Shown: positions 25,619 to 36,343 of the stretch, in pieces
How positions within the stretch are numbered: the first letter of the stretch is position 1
Layout of the letters: every line of letters starts with the position of its first letter
Source of the DNA: Candidatus Falkowbacteria bacterium
GTDB lineage: Bacteria > Patescibacteriota > Patescibacteriia > Patescibacteriales > GWE2-39-37
DNA length: 64,000 bases
Assembly (NCBI GenBank): GCA_013336275.1
Contig: JAAXUA010000004.1
Span: forward strand, 47,460-111,459
Reading direction: 5' to 3'
Position numbers and translations under genes: made by a program
Notes under the pieces: generated by a model
What the model was told of the DNA's origin: nothing
Seen by the model: the letters and a program-made list of their open reading frames with translations, nothing else
Databases searched by the model: none

Positions 25619-28132
25619 TCAGATATTTACCCGCCGCCTAATCTCTTCTTCGATGATATTGCGATCCTGGCCGTATTTCAGGCGCGATAGGCTCTTGATC
25701 CTCATCGCCAGCTCGTCGCGTTTGATTCCGGGCAAGGGCCAGGGCGTAGCCATCGAGAAAGCCCGTGAGGCGGAATTGTCTATCAGCAGCTTGATGTAGG
25801 CCGAGAACTTCTCGACATTGATGAGGTCGTATTGGTTGAAAACCGGCGCGAACTCCTTGGACAATTCCTCGGCATCTTCGGAACCGATCTTGAAAGAGAC
25901 CCAGGTGCCGACGTTGCCGAAAACCGCGTCCTTGATCGAAGAGTCCTGGCCTTTGACCAGTTGTCCCAGATACTGGTGAGCCATGACCAGGTTGAGATTG
26001 TATTTGCGAGCTTCGGACAGGATGGAACAGATCGAATCGGTGGTGAAATTCTGAAACTCGTCGATATAGAGATAGAAATCCTTGCGCTGCTCTTTGGGCA
26101 TGTCGGTGCGGGACAAAGCGGCGACCAGGATCTTGCCGACCAGGATCATACCCAAGAGGTAGGCATTGAGCTCGCCGACCTGACCCTTGGGCAGGCTGAC
26201 CAAGAGGATCTTCTGCCGATCCATCAGGTCGCGCAAATTGAACGAGCTCTTCTGTTGGCCGATGATCGGCCTCATCATATCGTTGGAAATGAAGGAAGTC
26301 AGTTTCGAGGTGATATACGGCACGACGTTGGCCAAAGCCGCATCGCCCCCGGCTTTCTCCGCCTCTTTGCGCCAAAAATCGACGACCGTCGGATCGGAAC
26401 AGCGGGAGAGTTTCATCCGGCGGAACTCGGCGTCGGCCAAGACCTTGGGAATCTCCATTAGGGTCGAGCCGCTTTCCGGGTCAGACATGACCAGGAGCAT
26501 GGCGTTGCGCATATACTGCTCGAAGATCGGGCCGCCGGTGGATTTGAGGTCGTACAGCTTATCGAAAATCTTAATCATCTCATTAATGACGAACGACTTC
26601 TGCTCGGGATAGCGCGGATCGAACTCCATCAGATTCAAAGCCAGCGGGCGCTCGATGTCGGCCGGCGAGAACAGGATCACGTCCTCGGCCCGCTCCGGCG
26701 GGATACGCTTCAAGATATCGTCGATCAGGTCACCGTGCGGATCGATCACCCCGACGCCTTCTCCGTTCAAGATGTCCTGGATAGCCATCGAGGCCAAGAG
26801 GACGGACTTACCGACGCCGGACTTACCGACGATATAGGTATGGCGGCGGCGGTCTTCGCGCTTGATGCGCACGTCGCGCACCACGCCACGATAGATATTG
26901 CGTCCCAGGACGATGCCTTCGTTGGGGATTTCGGTCGGGGCCGGGGCGTGCTTAGCCGTCAGCCACAGGATGTTCGGCGTCTCGGTCCACCTGAGCGGCA
27001 GGTGGAACAGGCTGGACAGTTCTTCGGTATTCAGAAGGAAGCTCAGCTTATCGTCGAAGCGGCGATAGATATAATCCTTCATGAATTTCTTGTGCTTCCA
27101 GCTTTTAACGAAAGAGTTGATCTTGTTGTTGAAAGAATTGCCATATTCGTAAAGATTGTACTGGGCGAAGGCGCCGATGATGTTGGCCAGATAGCCGCGC
27201 GACTGCTGGAGGCTGCCGGTGCTGACGATGATGCGCAGATTGACGTCCAAACCGGCCTTGGCGTTCTTCTCTTCCAGATTCTTAAGGATCGCCTCGTCCA
27301 TGGCATTGGTCCGCTGCATCGTCTGCTGCTGTTGCTGCTTCTGTTTATCCTCCGGACTCGTGCCTTTGAAATAGCTGAAGAACTCGGCCCAGGGCGAAGT
27401 ATTCAAAGCCTCGTGCAGCGGCTTGCCTTGCCGGACTTTGGAGAAGACGCGGCTGGCTTTGCCGTGCCAAGCGCCTTTGGCGCTGCGCACGATATATTGG
27501 ATGACTAACGATTCATTCTCGCCCAGTTTCGACAGGACGTTGATGATCGAGTTCAGCGGGTCGGTCTCCATCTTGTTGTAAGTCCGGATCGGGAAGATGA
27601 AGCTGCGGCGCGTCTTGAGCCAGCCGAAATCGACGACGCTCTGCGGCGTGAAGATATTATAATCGCGCGCCTCTTCGACCACCGCTTCCGGGTAATGGGC
27701 CTGGACCTGCTGCTCGAGGTAGCGGGCCATCGGCCGCGGCGCCACCAAGTAGAACGCTATTACTTTCTTGCTGGCGACAATCTCGAAGGAAAAATGATCG
27801 CGTCGGCCAAAGAGCCACGGCAGGACGCCGCGCTCAGCCCGCAGGCCGCCGATTGAGGAAAACAGGGTCTCACCCCGGGCGATTTCCTCGCGCAGCTGCT
27901 GCACCGTCAAATTATTGTCCTTGTCGGTCGGCTTTTCCTTGGACAGGCGCACCAGATAGATGACATGGTCGAAGTAGTGGCTGCTCTTGGCGTAATGGGT
28001 GATAAGCTTCTTGATGATCGCCAGCACCACGAACAAGGCGACCAAGGCGCCGAAAGTATAGACCAGGGCCAGATCGACGAAAGCGGTCGGGTCGAGCGGC
28101 TGGCTCACAGGTTGTTCGAGTCCGTAGTTCAT
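25619..28132 (-). CDS. TraD/VirD4-type coupling-protein-like P-loop ATPase (membrane anchored)
   Basis: 837-aa ORF with an N-terminal TM helix, Walker A IVGKSGVGKS and Walker B YIDEFQNF. The overall layout resembles type IV secretion DNA-binding ATPases. Confidence 0.7.
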   Translation of the reverse strand: MNYGLEQPVSQPLDPTAFVDLALVYTFGALVALFVVLAIIKKLITHYAKSSHYFDHVIYLVRLSKEKPTDKDNNLTVQQLREEIARGETLFSSIGGLRAERGVLPWLFGRRDHFSFEIVASKKVIAFYLVAPRPMARYLEQQVQAHYPEAVVEEARDYNIFTPQSVVDFGWLKTRRSFIFPIRTYNKMETDPLNSIINVLSKLGENESLVIQYIVRSAKGAWHGKASRVFSKVRQGKPLHEALNTSPWAEFFSYFKGTSPEDKQKQQQQQTMQRTNAMDEAILKNLEEKNAKAGLDVNLRIIVSTGSLQQSRGYLANIIGAFAQYNLYEYGNSFNNKINSFVKSWKHKKFMKDYIYRRFDDKLSFLLNTEELSSLFHLPLRWTETPNILWLTAKHAPAPTEIPNEGIVLGRNIYRGVVRDVRIKREDRRRHTYIVGKSGVGKSVLLASMAIQDILNGEGVGVIDPHGDLIDDILKRIPPERAEDVILFSPADIERPLALNLMEFDPRYPEQKSFVINEMIKIFDKLYDLKSTGGPIFEQYMRNAMLLVMSDPESGSTLMEIPKVLADAEFRRMKLSRCSDPTVVDFWRKEAEKAGGDAALANVVPYITSKLTSFISNDMMRPIIGQQKSSFNLRDLMDRQKILLVSLPKGQVGELNAYLLGMILVGKILVAALSRTDMPKEQRKDFYLYIDEFQNFTTDSICSILSEARKYNLNLVMAHQYLGQLVKGQDSSIKDAVFGNVGTWVSFKIGSEDAEELSKEFAPVFNQYDLINVEKFSAYIKLLIDNSASRAFSMATPWPLPGIKRDELAMRIKSLSRLKYGQDRNIIEEEIRRRVNI

Positions 28133-28608
28133 GGCTTGGGCTGACGCATCTTCAAGAGTTCGTCAGTTTTTATTTTAGCTTCCTGTTCGATAAAGAATCG
28201 GTTGATGCCAGGCAGGATCTTGAGCCAGTCCTTGATCAGGCTAATAATCTTGGTGACCTGGATTTTGGTAGCCATGAGCAGCTGATTGATTTGGCGGGCG
28301 GTCTGCTCACCGACCCGGCGGAACTCGCGCTGCTTGTCTGGCGGCATCTGGGCATAAAGCTCAGCCAAGCCGTCTTCCATAATCCTCTCTATCTGTTGCA
28401 CTTCCGGCGAGGCGGGCGAGATTATCAGGTCATCGGTCTGCGGCGTGACAGCTGGCAGCGGGAAATCTCCTTCGCCGACCCGTTCGGCCGGCTTCGGCGC
28501 CTCTGGCCGCTGCTCGACCGTGACCGGTTTCTCCGGAGAAAAACCTGAAGGCCGCTCGGGTTGGAGCGGCTGTTCTGGACGCAAAACATTGGCTGGACGG
28601 ATGTCCAT
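28129..28608 (-). CDS. hypothetical Pro-rich protein translationally coupled to the ATPase
   Basis: I prefer the ATG at 28608 (MDIRPANVLRPEQ...) because the track's longer version overlaps the upstream kinase gene out of frame. Its stop overlaps the ATPase start (ATGA at 28129-28132). Confidence 0.6.
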   Translation of the reverse strand: MDIRPANVLRPEQPLQPERPSGFSPEKPVTVEQRPEAPKPAERVGEGDFPLPAVTPQTDDLIISPASPEVQQIERIMEDGLAELYAQMPPDKQREFRRVGEQTARQINQLLMATKIQVTKIISLIKDWLKILPGINRFFIEQEAKIKTDELLKMRQPKP

Positions 28609-28668
28609 AGAGTAATCGGCTAGGTTCTTTAAGTTACCGATATTATAACACAAAATAATATTTGCTCC

Positions 28669-28699
28669 AAAAAAAACGCCCCGAACTGGTTCGGGGCTG
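28669..28699 (-). terminator. intrinsic terminator after the amino-acid-kinase gene (GCCCCGAA-CCAG-TTCGGGGC followed by T8)
   Basis: Read from the sequence. An extended -10 element, TGTTATAAT (28650-28642, minus strand), follows it. Confidence 0.75.
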
Positions 28700-28708
28700 G
28701 CATAAAAA

Positions 28709-29470
28709 TCAATGGGGCAAGAAAATCGTACCCAGTTCCGGCACTGGTTTGCCGAGCATCTGGGCGGTCGCTTGCAAAAAAGCGTCCTTTTCGTGGGCCG
28801 GCAGAAGCATGGCGTTGATATTCGAATGGACCAGCTTGAAAATCTGCTCCAGCTTGGTCCGCATACCTTCGGCACCGTGGCCGTATTGGCTGCCGCCATT
28901 AGCGTACCCGAGCACCGTTTCGCGCTCCGAAAGCGTCACCCGCCTGACAACCTCGTGCTCGCTTTTCATCAAGCCAGGCCGGTCGATGCCGAAGAGGACG
29001 AAATCCAACTTGAGGGTCGAGGCCGCAGTCGCGGTCAGACGGTCGTTGTCCTCGCACTTCTCCATGTTCTTGAGCTCCTGGTTGTTGACGGGGTCATTCG
29101 CATTGATGACCAGCTGGACACCTTCGTCAAAGGCTTCGAAGACCGTAGCGGAAAAAATTTCCGGGTGGCGGAAATCGTGGTCAGTCACCAGGATCTGTCC
29201 GACGTCCTTGACGCCATGCTCGCGAAAGCAATGGGAATACACGGACATCAGGCGCAACTGGCCGACCGATGCCCGCAGGTTCTTCGAGCGGCGATCTTCC
29301 GAATCGCTGGCAACAGCGCCGGACGTCACCAGTAAAACGCGGTGGCCTTGCTGGCGCAACTCCGCGATCTGCCTAGTGAGATCATGGATAAAGCTGAAAT
29401 TCACCTCTTCCCGGCCCGAGCTGGCATCCACCAGCAGATTCGAACCGACCTTGATGGCTAAATTGGCCAT
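28709..29470 (-). CDS. amino-acid-kinase family protein, glutamate 5-kinase-like (no PUA domain)
   Basis: By-eye match to ProB: IKVGSNLL, LLVTSGAVA, INANDPV..EDNDRL and GAEGMRTKL. Confidence 0.65.
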   Translation of the reverse strand: MANLAIKVGSNLLVDASSGREEVNFSFIHDLTRQIAELRQQGHRVLLVTSGAVASDSEDRRSKNLRASVGQLRLMSVYSHCFREHGVKDVGQILVTDHDFRHPEIFSATVFEAFDEGVQLVINANDPVNNQELKNMEKCEDNDRLTATAASTLKLDFVLFGIDRPGLMKSEHEVVRRVTLSERETVLGYANGGSQYGHGAEGMRTKLEQIFKLVHSNINAMLLPAHEKDAFLQATAQMLGKPVPELGTIFLPH

Positions 29471-29626
29471 AGCTACCTCCTTGCACGGATTTTTTATGTT
29501 AACGGTTAAAAAAGGACTGATTTACGATTATTTACCCTACCCGATTTTGCATCAATTGTCAAACTGTGCCATAATATAGATAATAACTTTCATCCTGCCG
29601 CCAGGCCGGATGGCAAAATAAAACTG

Positions 29627-30601
29627 ATGCCCAAAGATATCAAGGAGGACAAGACGAGCCGCAACATCCAGATCGTGGAAGTCGATAATCCGCGCACAGC
29701 CAACAAGAAGATCACCTGGATCAATGTGACTAACGCCGGCAAGCGCGAGATCGAGTATCTGCGCAAGCGGTTCAATTTCCAATTGGCGCACTTGCACGCT
29801 TCGTCGAGCAACGTCTTCGCCCAAAGGCCTTCGGTCCAGCGCGGCGAAAACTACATCTTCGCCATCATGCATTTCCCGATCTACTTGAACGAGACCATCG
29901 TCGCCACCGAAGTCGACTTTTTCGTGCTGCACGGCTATATCATCACCCTGCACAACGGCAACCTGCAAGCCCTGAACGATTTCTTCAGCCTCTGCAAAAA
30001 AGACGGCGATTCTCTTCTGACCTACAAACTCGAGTCAGCCACTATCCTTTTGTACGAGCTCCTGGAAAAACTGATGCATTCCTGCTTCCCCTTACTCGAT
30101 AAGAACAGCCTGGCCATCAATAAAGTCGAGGAACATATCTTCGCCCAGGAACAGCGCAAGGCCGTTTCCCAGATATTGATCCTGCGTCAGAATATCATCA
30201 ACTTCCACAAGATCATGCATAGCCACAAGAAGATCCTCTCCAAATTCATGGACCTAAAAAGCAAGCTGGTGCCGACGGAACAGCTCAAGGGTTACTACAA
30301 GAAGCTGATCGATCACTCCATCTCTATCTGGGAAATATTGGAAAACCAGAAGGAGATCGTGCAGATCCTCAACAGCACCAACGAATCGCTCCTGAACTCG
30401 CATCTGAATGATACGATGAAGACGCTGACCATTTTCTCGATCATCAGTTTTTATCTGACGCTCATCGCCGCCATCTTCAGCATGCGCTCCGAAGGCATGC
30501 CCTTCGTCGACCACCCCAGCGGCTTCTGGCTGATATTATCGATCATGTTCGTGGTCGCCTCCACGATTCTCCTCATCTTCCGCCGCAAGAAGTGGCTCTA
30601 A
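29627..30601 (+). CDS. CorA-family divalent cation transporter-like protein
   Basis: 324-aa ORF with the CorA architecture, two C-terminal TM helices and a terminal RRKKWL. The signature reads EGMPF instead of YGMNF. Confidence 0.75.
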   Translation: MPKDIKEDKTSRNIQIVEVDNPRTANKKITWINVTNAGKREIEYLRKRFNFQLAHLHASSSNVFAQRPSVQRGENYIFAIMHFPIYLNETIVATEVDFFVLHGYIITLHNGNLQALNDFFSLCKKDGDSLLTYKLESATILLYELLEKLMHSCFPLLDKNSLAINKVEEHIFAQEQRKAVSQILILRQNIINFHKIMHSHKKILSKFMDLKSKLVPTEQLKGYYKKLIDHSISIWEILENQKEIVQILNSTNESLLNSHLNDTMKTLTIFSIISFYLTLIAAIFSMRSEGMPFVDHPSGFWLILSIMFVVASTILLIFRRKKWL

Positions 30602-30622
30602 ACTGAAACTTTTACTCTTCCT

Positions 30623-30651
30623 AAAAAAACCTTTGCTAAAAAGGTTTTTTT
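30623..30651 (+). terminator. intrinsic terminator after corA-like gene
   Basis: AAACCTTT-GCTAA-AAAGGTTT followed by a T-run. Confidence 0.7.
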
Positions 30652-30683
30652 GTTTAATATTGGGTTAAATTACCCTAAAACCA

Positions 30684-30712
30684 TTGACAAATTACTAAAA
30701 ATATGCTATTGT
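30684..30712 (+). promoter_or_regulatory. promoter TTGACA-N17-TATTGT with TGC extended -10
   Basis: Hexamers at 30684-30689 and 30707-30712, upstream of the lipoprotein gene. A GAGGAGG Shine-Dalgarno precedes its ATG. Confidence 0.55.
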
Positions 30713-30793
30713 AAATAATCGTTGCTCATTCGCTGTTTGACATCAACCAGCAGCTTTTTTTAGGCTGCACATACCCTAGAGGAGGAATAGAAG

Positions 30794-32074
30794 ATGAGAA
30801 GAACATTCGTTGCATTGTTTTTAATGGCATTGGGCTGGGCTCTTGCAGGCTGCGGTGCTAGCACCGCTAACCACCAGACTTCGGACACCTCGCTCCCCGC
30901 AGGCAAAGGTGCTGTGTCAATCGACACGCAGCTTTTCCCCGTCGACAACCAGACGGCCACCCTCAAAGTGGCCAAGACGGTCGCAGGCGGAGGCGGCGGA
31001 GGCGGAGGCATCTCCAATCAGGAAATGGAACTGCGCAAGCGGATCCATCACGTGGAGTTCTGGTTCAATGACGGAAAGAGCTACGGCCAGATGCAGACGA
31101 TCATGGTCTGCCAGGGACGTCTCTCCGGCAAGCTGATCGCCGACCCCGGCAACTACATGCTCGAGGCCAACTTCATGACCCAGTCCGGCGCCGTCATCTA
31201 CCGCGCCACCACCCAGGTCGAAGTCACCTCAGGCATGTCCACCCATGCGACCCTCGTCGCGCAGAAGAGCACCTTCGTCTACCTCGAAGGCCGGATCAAC
31301 CGCCCTACTGGCTCCTACACCGAGACCGAGATGGGTTACAGCATCTCCATCGAGGAGGCGAACGGCACCGGATTTTCCGTAGGCACTGGCGGCCGCTACA
31401 ACGCCGCAGCCAACCGCTTCGACTTCGGAACAGTCTACCCCACCTCGCCCATGGTCAACGAAGCCAAGATCATCCTGACCGATGACACCGGCCAGACCCA
31501 CAAAGCGGTCTTCACCTTCGACCTGATCAAGGCGATCGACGAGGCGAATGCCAACGGTTTCGTCAACTACGACTGGCCGGCTCCTGGAACGATCAAGATC
31601 GACGTCATCTTCGAGGATGACAATGCCGGCTTTGTCAAAGCCGTAAATGCCGTTCCTGTCGCTACCCCGACCCGCGGCAACAACAACACCACCCTGGCCA
31701 GGATCAACCTTGCCAACACCACCACCGAAACCGCCGCCATCAAAACCCTGACCTTCCGCCTCTGGGACTGCAACTACCTGTCGAACCTCTACCTGGTCCG
31801 CGCCGACCTGCCGCAGCTCCTGGGATCGAGCACGCATTTCCCCGTTGCGAGCATTACCGTCGACGAATACGGCGTGGCCATCGTGACCTTCACGACCGAC
31901 ATCCACATTCCGGCCGGAGCGATGATCTCGATCAACCTGCAGGGCGACGTTTCGCCCGACTACCCGACCATGGAGATGTTCAACTACCAAGTCACCGGCG
32001 CCTCAGTCGTTACCGAAACCAACCAGACCGTTCCCTTCCTGGGAACCGATGGCATGGCAGTCGGCATCTACTGA
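30794..32074 (+). CDS. hypothetical lipoprotein
   Basis: Signal peptide with lipobox MRRTFVALFLMALGWALAGC, an octa-glycine tract and a beta-rich composition. No recognisable domain. Confidence 0.7.
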   Translation: MRRTFVALFLMALGWALAGCGASTANHQTSDTSLPAGKGAVSIDTQLFPVDNQTATLKVAKTVAGGGGGGGGISNQEMELRKRIHHVEFWFNDGKSYGQMQTIMVCQGRLSGKLIADPGNYMLEANFMTQSGAVIYRATTQVEVTSGMSTHATLVAQKSTFVYLEGRINRPTGSYTETEMGYSISIEEANGTGFSVGTGGRYNAAANRFDFGTVYPTSPMVNEAKIILTDDTGQTHKAVFTFDLIKAIDEANANGFVNYDWPAPGTIKIDVIFEDDNAGFVKAVNAVPVATPTRGNNNTTLARINLANTTTETAAIKTLTFRLWDCNYLSNLYLVRADLPQLLGSSTHFPVASITVDEYGVAIVTFTTDIHIPAGAMISINLQGDVSPDYPTMEMFNYQVTGASVVTETNQTVPFLGTDGMAVGIY

Positions 32075-32096
32075 ACCGCTACCCGCACCTTAACCC

Positions 32097-32135
32097 AAAA
32101 AAGCCCGTCTCTTCCAAGAGACGGGCTCATTTTTT
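32097..32135. terminator. bidirectional terminator (AGCCCGTCTC/GAGACGGGCT)
   Basis: Read from the sequence, between convergent genes. Confidence 0.8.
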
Positions 32136-32137
32136 AT

Positions 32138-33124
32138 TTATCTCAGTATCTTTTCTATATCTGCAAGAGATTCCACCTTGACCAGTTCGCGCCGCAACTC
32201 GCCGGCCCCAGGGAATCCGGCCACATACCAGCAAAGGTGTTTCCTTAATTCGACGATTCCCTGCTTGCCCAGAATCCGGTCAGCCAAGCGCGCGTGCTCC
32301 AGGGCGATATCGAATATCTCGCGCTTGCTTTTGGAGACGTTCTTGTTTTCCCTTATCTCCTCAAAAAGCCAAGGCTTGCCCATCGCCCCGCGAGCGATGC
32401 CCAGGCCGTCGGCCCCAGTCTCTTCCAACAGCTCTTTGGCAGTGGCCGCATCGGTCACGCCGCCATTGGCCAACAAGATGCCCGGCACATAGCGGCGAGC
32501 TTCCTTGATGATTTCAAAATCAACTGCACCGGAGTGACCTTGCGCCATGGAGCGTCCATGGATCATCACTGCTGCCAGCTCGAGGCCCTGCATCGCTTGC
32601 AAGAATTCCAGGGCGTCGACGCGACGCTTGGCATCGCCTTCGCCCTTCTCCATGCGCGCCCGGATCTTGATCGAGACCGGCAGGTCAGTGCTCGCAAGCG
32701 TCGCCTCCACGACTTCGCGCGCGAGCTTCGGATTGCCCATCAGGATGGCCCCGGCTCCCTGTTTCTGCACCTTGGGCACGGGACAGCCGAAGTTGATATC
32801 AATACCGTCAGGCCTCACTTCTTCGGTGATGATTTTAGACGCTTTGACGAAATGCTCCGGATTGGCGCCGAACAGTTGGACGACATAAGGCCGCTCGGCC
32901 TCTTCGAACCTGACCAGGTCCAAGGTTTTTTGCGGCTGATAGTTCAGGGCCGTGGCACTGGCCATCTCCGAGTAGACGACATCGGCGCCGAACTTGCGGC
33001 ACATCTGCCGGAACGGCGCGTCGGTCACACCGGCCATCGGCGCCAAGGCCAGTATTACTTGTCCGCCTTGGGCGGAGGCGGAGCTATTCCTTGCTTTCAA
33101 TTGTTGCCAAAAGTCATTATTCAT
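32138..33124 (-). CDS. tRNA-dihydrouridine synthase
   Basis: 328-aa ORF with LAPMAGVTDAPFR, DINFGCP (catalytic Cys) and the TIM-barrel FMN pattern. Confidence 0.9.
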   Translation of the reverse strand: MNNDFWQQLKARNSSASAQGGQVILALAPMAGVTDAPFRQMCRKFGADVVYSEMASATALNYQPQKTLDLVRFEEAERPYVVQLFGANPEHFVKASKIITEEVRPDGIDINFGCPVPKVQKQGAGAILMGNPKLAREVVEATLASTDLPVSIKIRARMEKGEGDAKRRVDALEFLQAMQGLELAAVMIHGRSMAQGHSGAVDFEIIKEARRYVPGILLANGGVTDAATAKELLEETGADGLGIARGAMGKPWLFEEIRENKNVSKSKREIFDIALEHARLADRILGKQGIVELRKHLCWYVAGFPGAGELRRELVKVESLADIEKILR

Positions 33125-33129
33125 AAATC

Positions 33130-33507
33130 CTATTTATTCGTTCGTTTAGCGGCCTGTCTTGCACCATGCTCGTCACTGCCGAAGTGATGAGCGATCTCGT
33201 GCCAGACAGTATCACGGACCATCAAGCGGACTTCTTCCCTGGTGGCGCAGTTGGCCTCGATGGCTTTTTGAAAAATCGTGATCTTATCCGGCAGTACGCT
33301 GCCATAACCGGCGCCTCGCTGGATCAAGGGCACGCCTTCATACAGCCCGAACAGGACTTGGTTGCCGGATAGGCGAGCCTGCCGGCGCTGGTCCTTATCC
33401 GCGCGATCCTCAATGACGAGGGCCACGTTATCGAGCTTATCCAAAAACTCCTGCGGAATCAGCGCCAGCGCCTCCTCGACCAATTGTTCGAAATCTTCCC
33501 TAGTCAT
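33130..33507 (-). CDS. small zinc metallopeptidase-family protein (DUF1025/Zincin-like)
   Basis: 125-aa ORF containing HEIAHHFG (HExxH). Confidence 0.7.
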   Translation of the reverse strand: MTREDFEQLVEEALALIPQEFLDKLDNVALVIEDRADKDQRRQARLSGNQVLFGLYEGVPLIQRGAGYGSVLPDKITIFQKAIEANCATREEVRLMVRDTVWHEIAHHFGSDEHGARQAAKRTNK

Positions 33508-33656
33508 ATCGCACCTGATTTTATAAGAATTATCAACTTTAACAAATAAAATGAAGATTGTACATAAACAAATAGCGACTAAATAATCAGAAACTTATCC
33601 ACTTAATCAAACCCAACTAAATTTATCAGCGGGTTTTGATTATGATTGATTTTAAT

Positions 33657-34865
33657 CTACTTCTTCTCGAATTCGCCTACCAATGTCTCGGGCAGACGGT
33701 TGATCGTCATGTAGCCGAGGCTGGCCAAGGCGGCGATAATGAAGGCTATCAAAAAGGGGTTGTAGTTCAGAACGAAAACCAGGATAATGACCGGCGCGAC
33801 GATCACCCGGGCCAGGTCGAACATCAGTTCGCGCTGGACGATGAAGCGGAAATAGTTGCTGCGCGCTGCCAAGTCATAGGAAAAGGCCGACCAGGGGACC
33901 TGGAGGAAATTGCCGGTGATATTCTTGTAGGAATCAATAAAGATGACCGAGCTGAAGCTGTCGGCGAACAAGCGGCCGACCCAGCCGAAAAAATACAGGA
34001 AGGTGCCGAGCTTGATGAGCTTCTTCTTACTGACCTTGTCCGACAGGCGGCCGACCAGATAGAAGACCAGGAAGGTGACCGCCGCCACGATCGAGCTGGC
34101 CGCTCCGACCGATTCGGTATTGTGCAGGATGAAGAACAGAAACAGTGACCAGACGACGAAGCCGATCCACTCCTCGATGGCGTAACCGCCATAGCTTAAA
34201 AATAACGGCAGATTCTCCCGTTTGAGCATGTCGCGCCACATGTTCTTGATGTCGAACTCGACCGGCTTGAGATTCTTGTGGTCGGGCAGGACCAGTATCG
34301 GAATGGCCGCCACCATCATCAAAAAGATGGCACCGACGAACAGCAGCTTGAATCCGACCAGCCCGATGACGACGCCGCCGATCAGCGGTGCGAGCAGGCT
34401 GGCGGCCAAGGCGGTCGATTGCAGGATCGAGACCTGGCGTCCGCGGTGGGCCGCATCAGAATGCTCGATGAAGTTCAGATGGTATCCCAGGCTGGAAATC
34501 TGGGTCTTGAGCATATTGAAAAGCGGCAGGACGAAGAATAGCCAGCGATGAGTCGGCAGCAGATACAAGCCGGTGAAGAACAGCATCTTGAACAGCACCG
34601 CGATTAGCATGGACCATTTGACGCCGGACTTGGCTACCACGCGGGCGCAGACACGGTTGGTCAGAAGGACCGAAGACAACGGCAGCAGGAAATAATAACC
34701 CAGGATCCAAGGCAAGGAGAATCCGAGCTTATAGAGGTAGATCGGGACGAATATTGAAACCAGGCCGAGGGCGAAGTTGGTGACTCCGTACGACAGATAA
34801 ATCTCGTTCATTTCCTTGTTGCGGAGGAAGCTCCAAAAATGCAACTGATGATGCCTGGTTTGCAT
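33657..34865 (-). CDS. MFS-type transporter
   Basis: About 12 hydrophobic helices. I chose the ATG at 34865 because the longer track ORF overlaps the end of cysS. Confidence 0.7.
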   Translation of the reverse strand: MQTRHHQLHFWSFLRNKEMNEIYLSYGVTNFALGLVSIFVPIYLYKLGFSLPWILGYYFLLPLSSVLLTNRVCARVVAKSGVKWSMLIAVLFKMLFFTGLYLLPTHRWLFFVLPLFNMLKTQISSLGYHLNFIEHSDAAHRGRQVSILQSTALAASLLAPLIGGVVIGLVGFKLLFVGAIFLMMVAAIPILVLPDHKNLKPVEFDIKNMWRDMLKRENLPLFLSYGGYAIEEWIGFVVWSLFLFFILHNTESVGAASSIVAAVTFLVFYLVGRLSDKVSKKKLIKLGTFLYFFGWVGRLFADSFSSVIFIDSYKNITGNFLQVPWSAFSYDLAARSNYFRFIVQRELMFDLARVIVAPVIILVFVLNYNPFLIAFIIAALASLGYMTINRLPETLVGEFEKK

Positions 34866-34891
34866 GGGGATATTTTTATTTTTTGAGTAGC

Positions 34892-36277
<1,386 letters not shown>

Positions 36278-36343
36278 ACGGTAAAGATACAAAAAAAAGC
36301 CAAAAAAAGCAACTTTTTTAGCTTTACTGAGGGTTTTAAGGCC

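Noticed and set aside
28609-28899. The N-terminal 97 codons of the 256-aa track ORF at 28129-28899.
   Set aside because: This part overlaps the well-supported amino-acid-kinase gene (28709-29470) in another frame and spans that gene's terminator. The internal ATG at 28608 gives a sensible start after a promoter-like TGTTATAAT.
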